A stretch of DNA of 64,000 bases, from positions 2,742-66,741 of the forward strand of contig DASYXZ010000090.1 in the NCBI GenBank assembly GCA_035934315.1. Reading direction: 5' to 3'. The notes under the pieces are model-generated. The model made no database searches, was not told the origin of the DNA, and saw nothing but the letters and a program-made list of their open reading frames with translations. This document shows, in pieces, positions 26,918 to 36,292 of the stretch. Position 1 is the stretch's first letter, and every line of letters begins with the position of its first letter. The stretch is from Terriglobia bacterium (lineage in GTDB: Bacteria; Acidobacteriota; Terriglobia; UBA7540). The position numbers and the translations under genes were made by a program.

Positions 26918-26996
26918 TTGGATTCTCCTTATCCGATAGAAATGACCTCGAGGCCCGCGACGCAAACGCACCTACACTCCAACATTCAATGCGGCG

Positions 26997-27047
26997 ATTA
27001 TAGGTGTCGAAATGGGCGTGTCAAGTGAAATTTGATATCTGAAATTC
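26997..27047 (-). promoter_or_regulatory. Near-consensus sigma70 promoter of receptor 2 with upstream TGATAT motif
   Basis: The minus sense reads GATATCAAATTTCAC-TTGACA-N16-TATAAT. On the plus strand these elements are tgtcaa 27019-27024, attata 26997-27002 and TGATAT 27033-27038. This places the transcription start about 75-80 nt upstream of ATG 26917. Confidence 0.55.
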
Positions 27048-27226
27048 TTGATATAGAGGGTAACTGGACGCCGGCGTCATCGTGAAGGAGCGACAGAACT
27101 GAACCACCTCGTCAGCGTCCGAAGCTGGGCTGATCTGCGAACTTTGCCGACGAGGCTCACGGAGCTTTCGGTGATCCTGCTTGTGCCGGCGGCGAGCAAA
27201 AACCTCATCGACGGACGGTTCCTCTC

Positions 27227-28384
27227 TTACTGTTCGACCCTGAGCATGACCACGCCATGTCTTGGCACGCTCGTCGTGAAGTTTCCTTTAAAAGTATCCA
27301 GGTCTTTATGAGCCCAAAGATCGCGCACCTTCGCAGGACGCGTGATGCCGATGTCTTTGAAGTTTAGCGTCATGGTCATTTCATGTTCGTCACGGTTGAA
27401 CAGCCCCACTGCCTTGCTGCCATCCGCAAGAGGTTTCATCCAGATTTCGAGCGGGCCCTCCTCCCACACCCGATGCCCCTGGATTCCTGCCGGGTCCTGG
27501 TTGACCGCAATCACTTCCCGATTGGTCAGGATCGCCAGCGTTTCCGGAGTCATGCTTGTCAGATCGTTACTGGCAAATAGAGGAGCAGCCAGCAGACTCC
27601 ATAGGCTCATCTGGGTACGGTATTCTTCACTCGGCATCCCCCCGTTTCCGACCTCCAGCATATCGGGATCATTCCAGTGGCCGGGTCTGGCATATTTTTC
27701 AAGCCCATTCTGCTCAAAGCCGATGTTGGACATGCTGAGATAATTATTCTGAATATCGCCCGTGGTCCTCCACATACTGGCCCCCACCGAAGGTCCCCAC
27801 TTCCAAACGTCCTGCATACCGTATTCGCAGAGGCTGAAGAGAATTGGTCGGCCCGTGCGCAGCAGAGCCTGATGGAATTTTTCATACGCTGCCCGCATCT
27901 GGTCCGGTTTATAAACCATGCTCCCGCTGCACCAGTCGTATTTGACGAAATCAATTCCCCAGCGCGCAAAGGTCTCCGCATCCTGCTGCTCGTGCCCGTA
28001 ACTTGCTTCCCGGCCGGAACAGGTGACAGGCCCTGGGCTCGTATGAATCCCGACTTTCAAGCCCAAACTGTGAATGTAGTCGCACAGCGCTTTCATGTCC
28101 GGGAACTTCAGAATGTTCGGTTCAAACAAACCCTGAGCATCGTGGTAACCTTCCCACCCGCCATCGATGACCGCGTACTCGTACCCCGCAGCCTTTAAGC
28201 CGGTGTCCACAAGCGCCTCGGCCTGCGCCCGGACGATCGCGTCATTGATGTTGAGATGAAAGTGATTCCAGGTATTCCAGCCCATTGGCGGAGTGCGCGC
28301 CAACTCAGACGGTTGCGCGAGGCCTGTCATCGCCACAAAAGAAAATAGAACCAGCATCAGTAATCGGAAAAGTTTGCGTAGCAT
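27227..28384 (-). CDS. GH27 alpha-galactosidase, secreted
   Basis: 385 aa with signal MLRKLFRLLMLVLFSFVAMTGLAQP. Its motifs TPPMGWNTWNHF, YEYAVIDGGWEG and GIDFVKYDWC are classic melibiase/GH27 motifs. Confidence 0.9.
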   Translation of the reverse strand: MLRKLFRLLMLVLFSFVAMTGLAQPSELARTPPMGWNTWNHFHLNINDAIVRAQAEALVDTGLKAAGYEYAVIDGGWEGYHDAQGLFEPNILKFPDMKALCDYIHSLGLKVGIHTSPGPVTCSGREASYGHEQQDAETFARWGIDFVKYDWCSGSMVYKPDQMRAAYEKFHQALLRTGRPILFSLCEYGMQDVWKWGPSVGASMWRTTGDIQNNYLSMSNIGFEQNGLEKYARPGHWNDPDMLEVGNGGMPSEEYRTQMSLWSLLAAPLFASNDLTSMTPETLAILTNREVIAVNQDPAGIQGHRVWEEGPLEIWMKPLADGSKAVGLFNRDEHEMTMTLNFKDIGITRPAKVRDLWAHKDLDTFKGNFTTSVPRHGVVMLRVEQ

Positions 28385-28435
28385 TGGGGGCCTCTTTCAA
28401 AATTTTGAATTCAGAATCCACCACTATCGTTTCTG

Positions 28436-28705
28436 CTAGGGTCTGGTCTGGCTTTCCGGCCCGACTCCAATCCGGTGAACAACGATGTGGGCTGGCCTAA
28501 GTCCGCGGGCGCGCGCAATAATTTTAATAGTGCCGGGATGATCCGTTGACCTTACCAGGACCATGCACAGACCTCTAAAGTCTTGACGTTGGCTGGTAAC
28601 ATTCGCCTCATGACTTGCGGGATTGCCGTTGGACATGCCGGCCAGTGTCCCAAGCCCGGAAACCGAGAACTGTATCAGAATGGCGGCATCTGGCACAACA
28701 CGCAC
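28436..28705 (-). pseudogene. Orphan 3' fragment paralogous to the C-terminus of the GH2 gene at 33518-36232
   Basis: The ORF piece ..VPDAAILIQFSVSGLGTLAGMSNGNPASHEANVTSQRQDFRGLCMVLVRSTDHPGTIKIIARARGLRPAHIVVHRIGVGP matches the GH2 C-terminus ..VPDAENLIQFSVSGLGTLAGVANGNPASHEANLASQRQAFRGLCMVLVRSTDHTGTITVTARAHGLRSAHIIIHTIGVGP. The nucleotides align without gaps at an offset of 5109 (28455-28705 against 33564-33814). No upstream GH2 body is present. Confidence 0.7.
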
Positions 28706-28832
28706 ATTGGCGTCGGCGGTTGGTTGAAAGCTGGGCGGTGTTTTGATACCCTTGCTTTAACCTCTGACGGGACGATCTCCCGGTCCCATTCCGAGGCATA
28801 CAGACTTTTCGATAATTCATAAAGGGCATCTG

Positions 28833-30347
28833 ATGAAGAATGAAAACGATAAAAGATCACGCAGGGAATTTCTCAAGACAGGAGCGGAGGTCGTGGGGGC
28901 CGCGGCCTTGGGAGCCGGCCCGCTTCCGCTACTTGGCGGGACTCCTCTCGATCCGCCCAGGCCGAATTTCATTTTCGTGACCACCGACGGTCATCGGCCG
29001 GTCGCCCTGAGTCTGAACGGCAATGAAATTGTCAAGACTCCCAATTTTGACCGCATCGGGCGCGAAGGGATTCAATTCCGCAATTCATTCGTCGTCAACG
29101 CTCTTTGCCTCCCATCGCGCGCCACCGCCCTCACCGGCCTTTACTCCCACAATACTGGATGCGTGGATAACAAAAACCGCGCGATTCCCCAGGATGTTCC
29201 GCTCTTCACCGACCTCCTGCGCACTGCCGGCTATGAATTGGGGTTATTTGGGAAAGCGCATGTCAGGGGACTTGGAGAACGGTACTGGGACTACTATTTT
29301 GGTTTTCCCGGCGCGGCCACCGACTATTTCTGGCCGGTAATCCAAGAAGGTTCCCAGGGCAAGCTCGAAAAACCCAAGGTCCACGAAGGGTATGTGGACG
29401 ATGTGGTCACCGATCGCGCGGTCGAGTGGCTCAAGCAAAAGCGGGACAAGCCCTTCTGCCTCATCCTGTGGATTCAGTCACCTCACGCTCCTTTTTTCCG
29501 AGCCCGACGATATCTCGATTTGTATAACGGCGTGACGATTCCGAAGCCCAACACTTTCGACGACGACCTCAAAGGATATCCTGGCAAGCCGCGGGCCTTT
29601 GCCGATGCGGATGACAGCATCGGCACTTATGTCAAGCACTCTCAGACCAAGGGCAACTGCGCGCGGTCACTTGAGGAACTCACCAAGGATTATTACGCCG
29701 GCATCGTGGGAGCGGACGACAACTTCGGCAAGATTTTTCAGGCGCTCAGCGACCTCGGGCAGCTTGATGACACGGCGATCTTGTTCTCCTCGGACCACGG
29801 CTTCTTCCTCGGCGAATGGCGAAAATACGACAAGCGCTTCATGCACGAGCCGTCCATTCGCGCCCCCATGTTGATCCGCTATCCCAGGATGATCCGCGCC
29901 GGGTCGGTCGCGGACCCGATGGTTCTGAATCTTGATATCGCTCCAACCTTCCTCGATCTGGCGGGGGTCAAAGTGCCCGAGTGGATGCAGGGTCGGAGCA
30001 TGGTGCCGTTTCTGAAAGGCGAAGTGCCGGAAAACTGGCGCAAGGACTGGCTCTACGAATATTACGAATACCCCGGCCCGCACAATGTGCGCAAGAACCG
30101 CGGCGTCCGGACGGAGCGGTACAAGCTCATTCACTATTACGAAGCGCCGGAGGAGTTCGAACTGTACGACCTGCAAGAAGATCCCGGCGAACTCCAGAAT
30201 CTCTACGGGGACCCGCGCTACTCGGCGCTTGCCCGGCAGCTTCGCCAGAGGATCGACGAACTGCGGAAAGAAACCGGCGACCATTACATCTACGAGGAGC
30301 CGTCGCCGGTCGAAAGGCCCGGCTCGGCGCGCGGGCCGCAGTCATGA
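28833..30347 (+). CDS. Cys-type (formylglycine) sulfatase, Tat-exported
   Basis: It has SRREFLKTGAEVVGAAALGA (Tat), the FGly motif CLPSRATALTG (C-x-P-x-R), SSDHGFFLGEW and a typical S1 sulfatase layout. Confidence 0.9.
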   Translation: MKNENDKRSRREFLKTGAEVVGAAALGAGPLPLLGGTPLDPPRPNFIFVTTDGHRPVALSLNGNEIVKTPNFDRIGREGIQFRNSFVVNALCLPSRATALTGLYSHNTGCVDNKNRAIPQDVPLFTDLLRTAGYELGLFGKAHVRGLGERYWDYYFGFPGAATDYFWPVIQEGSQGKLEKPKVHEGYVDDVVTDRAVEWLKQKRDKPFCLILWIQSPHAPFFRARRYLDLYNGVTIPKPNTFDDDLKGYPGKPRAFADADDSIGTYVKHSQTKGNCARSLEELTKDYYAGIVGADDNFGKIFQALSDLGQLDDTAILFSSDHGFFLGEWRKYDKRFMHEPSIRAPMLIRYPRMIRAGSVADPMVLNLDIAPTFLDLAGVKVPEWMQGRSMVPFLKGEVPENWRKDWLYEYYEYPGPHNVRKNRGVRTERYKLIHYYEAPEEFELYDLQEDPGELQNLYGDPRYSALARQLRQRIDELRKETGDHYIYEEPSPVERPGSARGPQS

Positions 30348-30510
30348 CAAAAAGGAAGGGGCCGCGGCCATGGACTCCTGCGCGCCGCTTGAGCGTATAA
30401 TTCCCAAAGACGATTCTTGAACTGGTTTTGTTCGTGAATTTAAAAGGAACAGAGTATTACGCACCAGGCCGGGAATCTCGCGGTTGCGATCCTTGCCGAT
30501 GGGGAGGTGA

Positions 30511-31956
30511 ATGATGAAGGCTTTGGTCACGGCGCTTGCAGCACTGCTGGGTCTCGCGGGTGGGGCGCTCACGGTTGCGGGGTTGGGCGCGGTGCCGCCG
30601 CAGGTCGCAACAGCCCACGCGCCCGCGGGCATCGAGAAGGTGAAGCACATCATCTGGATCATTCAGGAGAACCATTCTTTCGACAATTATTTCGGCACAT
30701 ATCCTGGCGCGGACGGCCTTCCGCCCGGCACGTGCGCGCCCGTGCTGCCCGGATCGGCTCGTTGCATCGCTCCCTTTCACATGCTTGCGGCCATGCCGCC
30801 CTGTGACTTGGCGCACCGCTGGGTGATCGCCCACGCCGCCTATGACCACGGTGCCATGGACGGCTTCGTCTGGGCGGAAGGCACGCCTTACACGATGGGC
30901 TACTACGATGAACGCGACATCCCCAATTACTGGAACTATGCCCGCCACTTCACTTTATGCGATCGCTTCTTCTCCTCGCTGATGGGCGCCAGCCTGCCGA
31001 ATCATCTTTACACGGTGGCGGCCCAGTCGGGAGGCGTCATCAACAATATTTTTTCCGTCAAGGAAATCGAGGACACGCTCGACACGCCCGGCGGTTACAG
31101 TTTTGCCACCATGGTGAACCTGTTCACCCAAGCGAACGTTTCCTGGAAGTATTACGTGGAGACGCAGCCTGTGAATCCGACGGAAAATAAACGCGACTTC
31201 CTCGCCCATCCCGACCCCAAGCACTATTCGCTTTGGAATCCTCTGCCCGGTTTCAAGGCTATCCGAGAAAACCCGGCAGACATGGCGCACATGGTTTCGC
31301 TGAACGAGTATTTCCAGGACCTCGACCACGGATCGCTGCCCGAGGTCGCCTGGATCGTGCCCATGGGCCGCGACAGCGAGCACCCGCCGGCGCCGCCCTG
31401 GGCGGGCATGTGGTACGTCACACGTCTGTTGAATGCACTGATGCAGAGCCCATACTGGAAAGACAGCGTCGTCTTTCTTACTTGGGACGACTATGGCGGC
31501 TTCTATGACCACATCGCGCCGCCGCTCGTGGACGCTTATGGCTACGGCCCGCGCGTGCCGACCCTGGTGATTTCACCTTTTGCCAAGTCCGGCTACATTT
31601 CGCACCATACCTACGACTTCACCTCCATGCTCAAGTTCATCGAAGCGCGCTTCGGCCTCGGGCACCTGACCGCGCGCGATGACCGCGCCGACGGCATGCT
31701 TGATTCTCTCGATTTCACTCAGTCGCCCGACCCGCCCTTGGTCATCCCCATTCCCGCCAATCTGCCGGAAGCGCCCGGCTGGGGCGGCGCCGGCGGATGC
31801 GTCTATCCGCCCTCCGTCCACATTCCGGAATCTGCCCCTGATATTGGAACTTATCTGCGCCGCTATCCGCCACCCATGGGACAGCTTCCGCCGCGGCCCA
31901 CCGCTGCTGCACCCGAGAAGCCAGGCGCCGCGGCGAAGCCGGGAAAAAGCAAGTAG
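30511..31956 (+). CDS. Phosphoesterase-family protein (phospholipase C / AcpA acid phosphatase family), secreted
   Basis: It has a Sec signal [19 protein letters not shown]. The motifs [39 protein letters not shown] and [16 protein letters not shown] are hallmarks of the PLC/AcpA phosphoesterase family. GGGGAGGTGA lies upstream of the ATG. Confidence 0.8.
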   Translation: MMKALVTALAALLGLAGGALTVAGLGAVPPQVATAHAPAGIEKVKHIIWIIQENHSFDNYFGTYPGADGLPPGTCAPVLPGSARCIAPFHMLAAMPPCDLAHRWVIAHAAYDHGAMDGFVWAEGTPYTMGYYDERDIPNYWNYARHFTLCDRFFSSLMGASLPNHLYTVAAQSGGVINNIFSVKEIEDTLDTPGGYSFATMVNLFTQANVSWKYYVETQPVNPTENKRDFLAHPDPKHYSLWNPLPGFKAIRENPADMAHMVSLNEYFQDLDHGSLPEVAWIVPMGRDSEHPPAPPWAGMWYVTRLLNALMQSPYWKDSVVFLTWDDYGGFYDHIAPPLVDAYGYGPRVPTLVISPFAKSGYISHHTYDFTSMLKFIEARFGLGHLTARDDRADGMLDSLDFTQSPDPPLVIPIPANLPEAPGWGGAGGCVYPPSVHIPESAPDIGTYLRRYPPPMGQLPPRPTAAAPEKPGAAAKPGKSK

Positions 31957-32104
31957 CGCCGACCTCCGTCTTTGAGATCTGCGGCTCTCTTTTTCACGAT
32001 GCCGAACGGCAGGCGGCGCTCAAATTCTCGTTTTCGGATCCGCAGGTATATTGATCCGGTCAATGGTCAATCCACAGCGGCGTTGTTGTTTTGTCGCACT
32101 GACG

Positions 32105-33490
32105 CTACTTCACGGGCAAGGATGGTCGGAACTTCGGGTTAGATGGGGGGCTCTTTGTTCCTCCGCAACACCTCTTGAACTTCTTCCCACTGCCGCAAGG
32201 GCAGGGATCGTTTCGGCCGGGCACTTGCTTCGCCGTGGTCGCAGTGTCCTGTAGCCGCACCCATTTCATGACGTTCGCCGGCGCCCTCTGGCGGCGAAGT
32301 TCGTCCGCCATGAACCTCATATACGGGTCGATGTGCTTGAAAAACTTCTTGTAGCCGGCGCAGAGATAGTTGAGCCCGGCTTCGCCATCCGGCGTTCGGA
32401 CGAAACGGTGTTTGGGACATTCACCATTGCAGGCAAAGCGCACTTCGCACTCGCGGCAATAGCGGGGAAGGGTGTCGCGCTTGTCCGCCCCAAATTTCTG
32501 CTGCGCGGTGGAATGAGCCAGCGATTCCAGCGGGCGCTCCAGGATATTCCCCAGCATGTACTCTGGATAAACGTAATGGTCGCAGGAGTAGAGGTCGCCG
32601 TTGTGCTCCATGGCCATGGCGGAGCCGCAAGTTTCGCGGAAGACACAAAGGCTCTGGTCCATACCCAGCCAGCTCTCGAGCGCCACATCGAAGATTTGGA
32701 CGAAACACCGGCCCACGTCCTGGCGGACCCACTCGTCGAAGATGGCGCACAAAAACCTGCCGTATTGCGCCGGCTCCACCGACCAGGCTGAAACCCGCGC
32801 CGCTGGCTCCTGGCCCGGGCCGATCAGAACAAGCCCGTCGCGGTTGGGCTTCGCCGCAACTCTCTCCACAATCGGAATGAACTGAATGAACCCGCTTCCA
32901 ACCTCTTTCAGAAATCGGTAAACCTTCAGCGGGTGCTGCGAGTTTTTTCGATGCAGGACCGTGAGGGTGTTGAACTCGACGCCGTGCTTGCGCAGAAACT
33001 CGAGGCCGCGCATGACGTGGTCGAAGGTTGGCTGGCCGCCCTTGTCCACGCGGTAGCAATCGTGGAGTTCGCGCGGCCCGTCAATCGAAAGTCCCACCAG
33101 GAACTTGTTTTCGGCGAGAAACTCGGTCCACTCGTCGTCCAAGAGCACGCCATTCGTCTGGAAGGCGTTTTCGATCCGGTGGCCTCCGGCATATTTCTTC
33201 TGCAGCCCGACGACTTTACGAAAGTAGTCAACACCGAGAAGCGTCGGCTCGCCGCCTTGCCAGGCGAAGCTGACCGCCGGCACGCTTTGCTCCTCGATGT
33301 ACTGCCGGATGTAGGATTCCAGCACGTCATCCGGCATGGCCCAGTCCGTTCTGTCGCGCTGGGCCGGATAAAGGTTTTCTTTTTCAAGATAAAAGCAGTA
33401 TTTGCAGTCGAGGTTGCAAATGGGGCCGACAGGCTTGGTCATGATATGAAACCCTGCCGGCAGTGTTTCCTGTAATGGGAGGACGTCCAT
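32105..33490 (-). CDS. Radical-SAM anaerobic sulfatase-maturating enzyme (anSME, SPASM type) with C-terminal SEC-C zinc motif
   Basis: It has FHIMTKPVGPICNLDCKYCFY (CxxxCxxC) and Cys-rich SPASM clusters (CVFRETCGSAMAMEHNGDLYSCDH; CRECEVRFACNGECPKHRF). Its C-terminal tail is GRNDPCPCGSGKKFKRCCG, a SecA-type SEC-C motif. It lies 27 nt downstream of the GH2 stop. Confidence 0.85.
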   Translation of the reverse strand: MDVLPLQETLPAGFHIMTKPVGPICNLDCKYCFYLEKENLYPAQRDRTDWAMPDDVLESYIRQYIEEQSVPAVSFAWQGGEPTLLGVDYFRKVVGLQKKYAGGHRIENAFQTNGVLLDDEWTEFLAENKFLVGLSIDGPRELHDCYRVDKGGQPTFDHVMRGLEFLRKHGVEFNTLTVLHRKNSQHPLKVYRFLKEVGSGFIQFIPIVERVAAKPNRDGLVLIGPGQEPAARVSAWSVEPAQYGRFLCAIFDEWVRQDVGRCFVQIFDVALESWLGMDQSLCVFRETCGSAMAMEHNGDLYSCDHYVYPEYMLGNILERPLESLAHSTAQQKFGADKRDTLPRYCRECEVRFACNGECPKHRFVRTPDGEAGLNYLCAGYKKFFKHIDPYMRFMADELRRQRAPANVMKWVRLQDTATTAKQVPGRNDPCPCGSGKKFKRCCGGTKSPPSNPKFRPSLPVK

Positions 33491-33517
33491 GAATCGCCCC
33501 GAATCCGCCGCGAGACC

Positions 33518-36232
33518 TCACTTAAGGATAGAGGCGCGCCGGGATGATTCTTGGCTCGGCCAGCCCGGCCCGACTCCAATTGTGTGAATAATGATATGAG
33601 CTGACCTAAGCCCGTGAGCACGCGCCGTAACGGTAATGGTTCCGGTGTGATCCGTTGACCTTACCAAGACCATGCACAGACCTCTAAAGGCTTGACGTTG
33701 GCTGGCAAGATTCGCCTCATGACTTGCGGGATTGCCATTGGCCACGCCGGCCAACGTCCCAAGACCGGAAACCGAAAACTGTATCAGATTTTCGGCATCA
33801 GGGACAATACGCCCGTCGGCATCCAACACTTCCACCTTGATGGGCGCAATGTCTTCGCCATTTGCTGTTAGGTGCGGGGACTCGTCAGTGAGCCGCAAAG
33901 CCACGGCAGGCCCAGCAGTGTGTAAAGTGTATTCTGCGGTCACACGCCTGCGGTCGTACCCACGGGCAGTTAAGATGCCCGGAGCGTAAGGTGCCTGCCA
34001 ATCTAGATATTGATCCCGGGGCATGTCTTGTGTGCCCAGGCTCTTACCGTTGAGCAATAGTTCCACGCGATCGCAATTTGAATAACTTCGAACGAGGACG
34101 TTCTTGCCGATCATGGTCTTCGGGAAATTCCAACTGGGGAAGATATACACCGACGGATTTCGTCCCCACCAGGCTTTCCAGTAATAGTAGACCGACTTGG
34201 GAAATCCGCAAAGGTCCATCGCCCCGACTTGGCTGGTTACGGCCGGCCAACTGAATGGATTGGGTTCGCCGCGGTAATCGAAGCCGGTCCACACGAATTC
34301 GCCCGCCACGAAAGGATTTTCCATCACTGGAGCCCAGGAAAGCCAGGGTTCGCCTCCGTTGGGAGTTCCTTGTGGGGTCAGCCAGCAACCGTATTCCGCG
34401 CAAAGGCCGGCGGCCTGGCTTGTGGTGACCGTCCCACGCGAGCTTTTCGAGTTGATGTCCTCACTGCCGAAGATCATGAAATGAGGAAACTCGCCGTGTA
34501 TTTTGGTGAATTCCGTGTTGTGATAGTTCATGCCCAAAAGGTCTTCGACGGAAAGAAATCCGTCCTTCGTATAGCCTCCATTCATGGCGCTGGTTACGGG
34601 ACGGGTGGGGTCAATCTTGCTCACATCAGCCTTCATCGCGTCAAATATTTTGGCGCCATAGTCTGTTGTCTGTTGGCCCTCTTCGTTGCACAGCGACCAG
34701 AATATGATCGAGGGATGGTTGCGATGCTGAAGAATCATGGCCTTGAGATCGGAGAGGTTGGAATATGGTGTGTCCTTGTCAGCTTTGGGGAAATAGGTGT
34801 CTCCCAAGTGCCGATTTTCGTCCATCACCAGCATGCCCATTCGATCGGCAGCGTCGTAGAACGCCTCGCCGGTGGGGTTGTGTGCGCAACGGTAGGCGTT
34901 TGTCCCCATGGCCTTGAGCTGGGCAATTTTCCAGGACCAGAGATTATCCGGCGCGCCAATGCCCACGCCCGGAAAATCCTGATGGTTGCACATCCCTTGA
35001 ATTTCGACGTGTTTCCCGTTGAGGAAAAAGCCACCCTCTGGATCAAATCGAATGGTCCGGATGCCGAAAGTGGTCAACTTGCCGTCAACGGCCGAGCCGC
35101 CGGCGCGAAGGGTGGTTGCCAGCCGATACAGATTGCGGTGCTGCAGCGACCACAGGAGAGCGTCCCGCAGGGCAACGTGCTGGCTGAACGTTGCATGTTG
35201 CCCGGCGGCCAGATTCTCGCCACTCGAAATCGAGGCAACAACCTTTCCTGCCGCATCCATGACCTGCGAATCCAGGGTGAAGCTGCGATCGGTTCGATGG
35301 TCGTTGCGCACGGTGGTCTGAAGGGTCAGGTCGGCCGCCGCACGATCGCCGTTAGGCGAGTTGTTACTGATCGGTCCGGGAACATGGGCGATTACAAACG
35401 TTCCCCACGGCGCAACCTGCAGCTTATCGGTGATCGTTAGCCGCACGTGCCGGTAGATTCCTCCGCCTTCGTAAAACCATCCTTCGAGCCAGCGCGGATC
35501 CACGAAAACGGTTACGCTGTTCTTGCCGCCGAAATGGACGGCAGAAGTTATATTCAAGCGAAATCCTGTATAACCGCTCGGATGTTGTTCCATGAACTGC
35601 CCGTTGACGAAAACAACGGCATCACGATACACGCCGCCAAAGTTGAGCCAGATACTCTTGCCCTTGGCTCGCGCCGGGATGAAGACGCTACGCCGATACC
35701 ACGCCGGATACAGCGGCAGATACCCGTGCCCCCCGTAAGCGGAACGCCCCGGCCTATTCAGCACGCCAGGCTTCCCCCCCAATCGCGAAGCGTTTGGCGG
35801 AATTGAGACGTCGCATTCTCGACCGCCCAGATCGCAACGCCCTCCGCCCGCCAAAAGCGAAGCATTTGGCTCAGGGGAAATATCACCTCTGACGACGTAG
35901 TCATCGGGCAACTGAACCGGCGTCCAGCCTTTGCCCGACGGAGGACATTGCAACATTTTGATCTGGTCAGCAGTAACCTCGGCCTCGGGAGGCCACAAAT
36001 CGAAACCCGGCATGGGGTGGAACATCCAGCCCTTATCGAGCAAAAGAATGGAGCGCGGCGACCCGGACACCGGCCGCACAGCCTCTGGCCGGCTCGCGCC
36101 CAATCCGTCGAAAGCCGACGCCGAACATATTAGTGCGAGCGCCAGCGTCATCAATCCCCACATCAGCCCCCGGATCATATAGGCTCTTGTCCTCCTCCGT
36201 AGCTGCGGCCTGCCATACATCATTTGCATCAT
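33518..36232 (-). CDS. Glycoside hydrolase family 2 (beta-galactosidase-like) with C-terminal Ig-like/DUF4982-type domains, secreted
   Basis: It has the GH2 segments VFVNGQFMEQHPSGYTGFRLNIT, LWSLQHRNLYRL, FFLNGKHVEIQGMCNHQDFPGVG, NAYRCAHNP, HPSIIFWSLCNEE and FVWTGFDYRGEP. The start ATG 36232 is preceded by GGAGGAAG; the ORF is open from GTG 36253. Confidence 0.9.
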   Translation of the reverse strand: MMQMMYGRPQLRRRTRAYMIRGLMWGLMTLALALICSASAFDGLGASRPEAVRPVSGSPRSILLLDKGWMFHPMPGFDLWPPEAEVTADQIKMLQCPPSGKGWTPVQLPDDYVVRGDISPEPNASLLAGGGRCDLGGRECDVSIPPNASRLGGKPGVLNRPGRSAYGGHGYLPLYPAWYRRSVFIPARAKGKSIWLNFGGVYRDAVVFVNGQFMEQHPSGYTGFRLNITSAVHFGGKNSVTVFVDPRWLEGWFYEGGGIYRHVRLTITDKLQVAPWGTFVIAHVPGPISNNSPNGDRAAADLTLQTTVRNDHRTDRSFTLDSQVMDAAGKVVASISSGENLAAGQHATFSQHVALRDALLWSLQHRNLYRLATTLRAGGSAVDGKLTTFGIRTIRFDPEGGFFLNGKHVEIQGMCNHQDFPGVGIGAPDNLWSWKIAQLKAMGTNAYRCAHNPTGEAFYDAADRMGMLVMDENRHLGDTYFPKADKDTPYSNLSDLKAMILQHRNHPSIIFWSLCNEEGQQTTDYGAKIFDAMKADVSKIDPTRPVTSAMNGGYTKDGFLSVEDLLGMNYHNTEFTKIHGEFPHFMIFGSEDINSKSSRGTVTTSQAAGLCAEYGCWLTPQGTPNGGEPWLSWAPVMENPFVAGEFVWTGFDYRGEPNPFSWPAVTSQVGAMDLCGFPKSVYYYWKAWWGRNPSVYIFPSWNFPKTMIGKNVLVRSYSNCDRVELLLNGKSLGTQDMPRDQYLDWQAPYAPGILTARGYDRRRVTAEYTLHTAGPAVALRLTDESPHLTANGEDIAPIKVEVLDADGRIVPDAENLIQFSVSGLGTLAGVANGNPASHEANLASQRQAFRGLCMVLVRSTDHTGTITVTARAHGLRSAHIIIHTIGVGPGWPSQESSRRASILK

Positions 36233-36292
36233 CGGCTTCCTCCGCCTGGACACTTATGCACCCGCACTGATTAGCTAATATAAAAATCCTGA

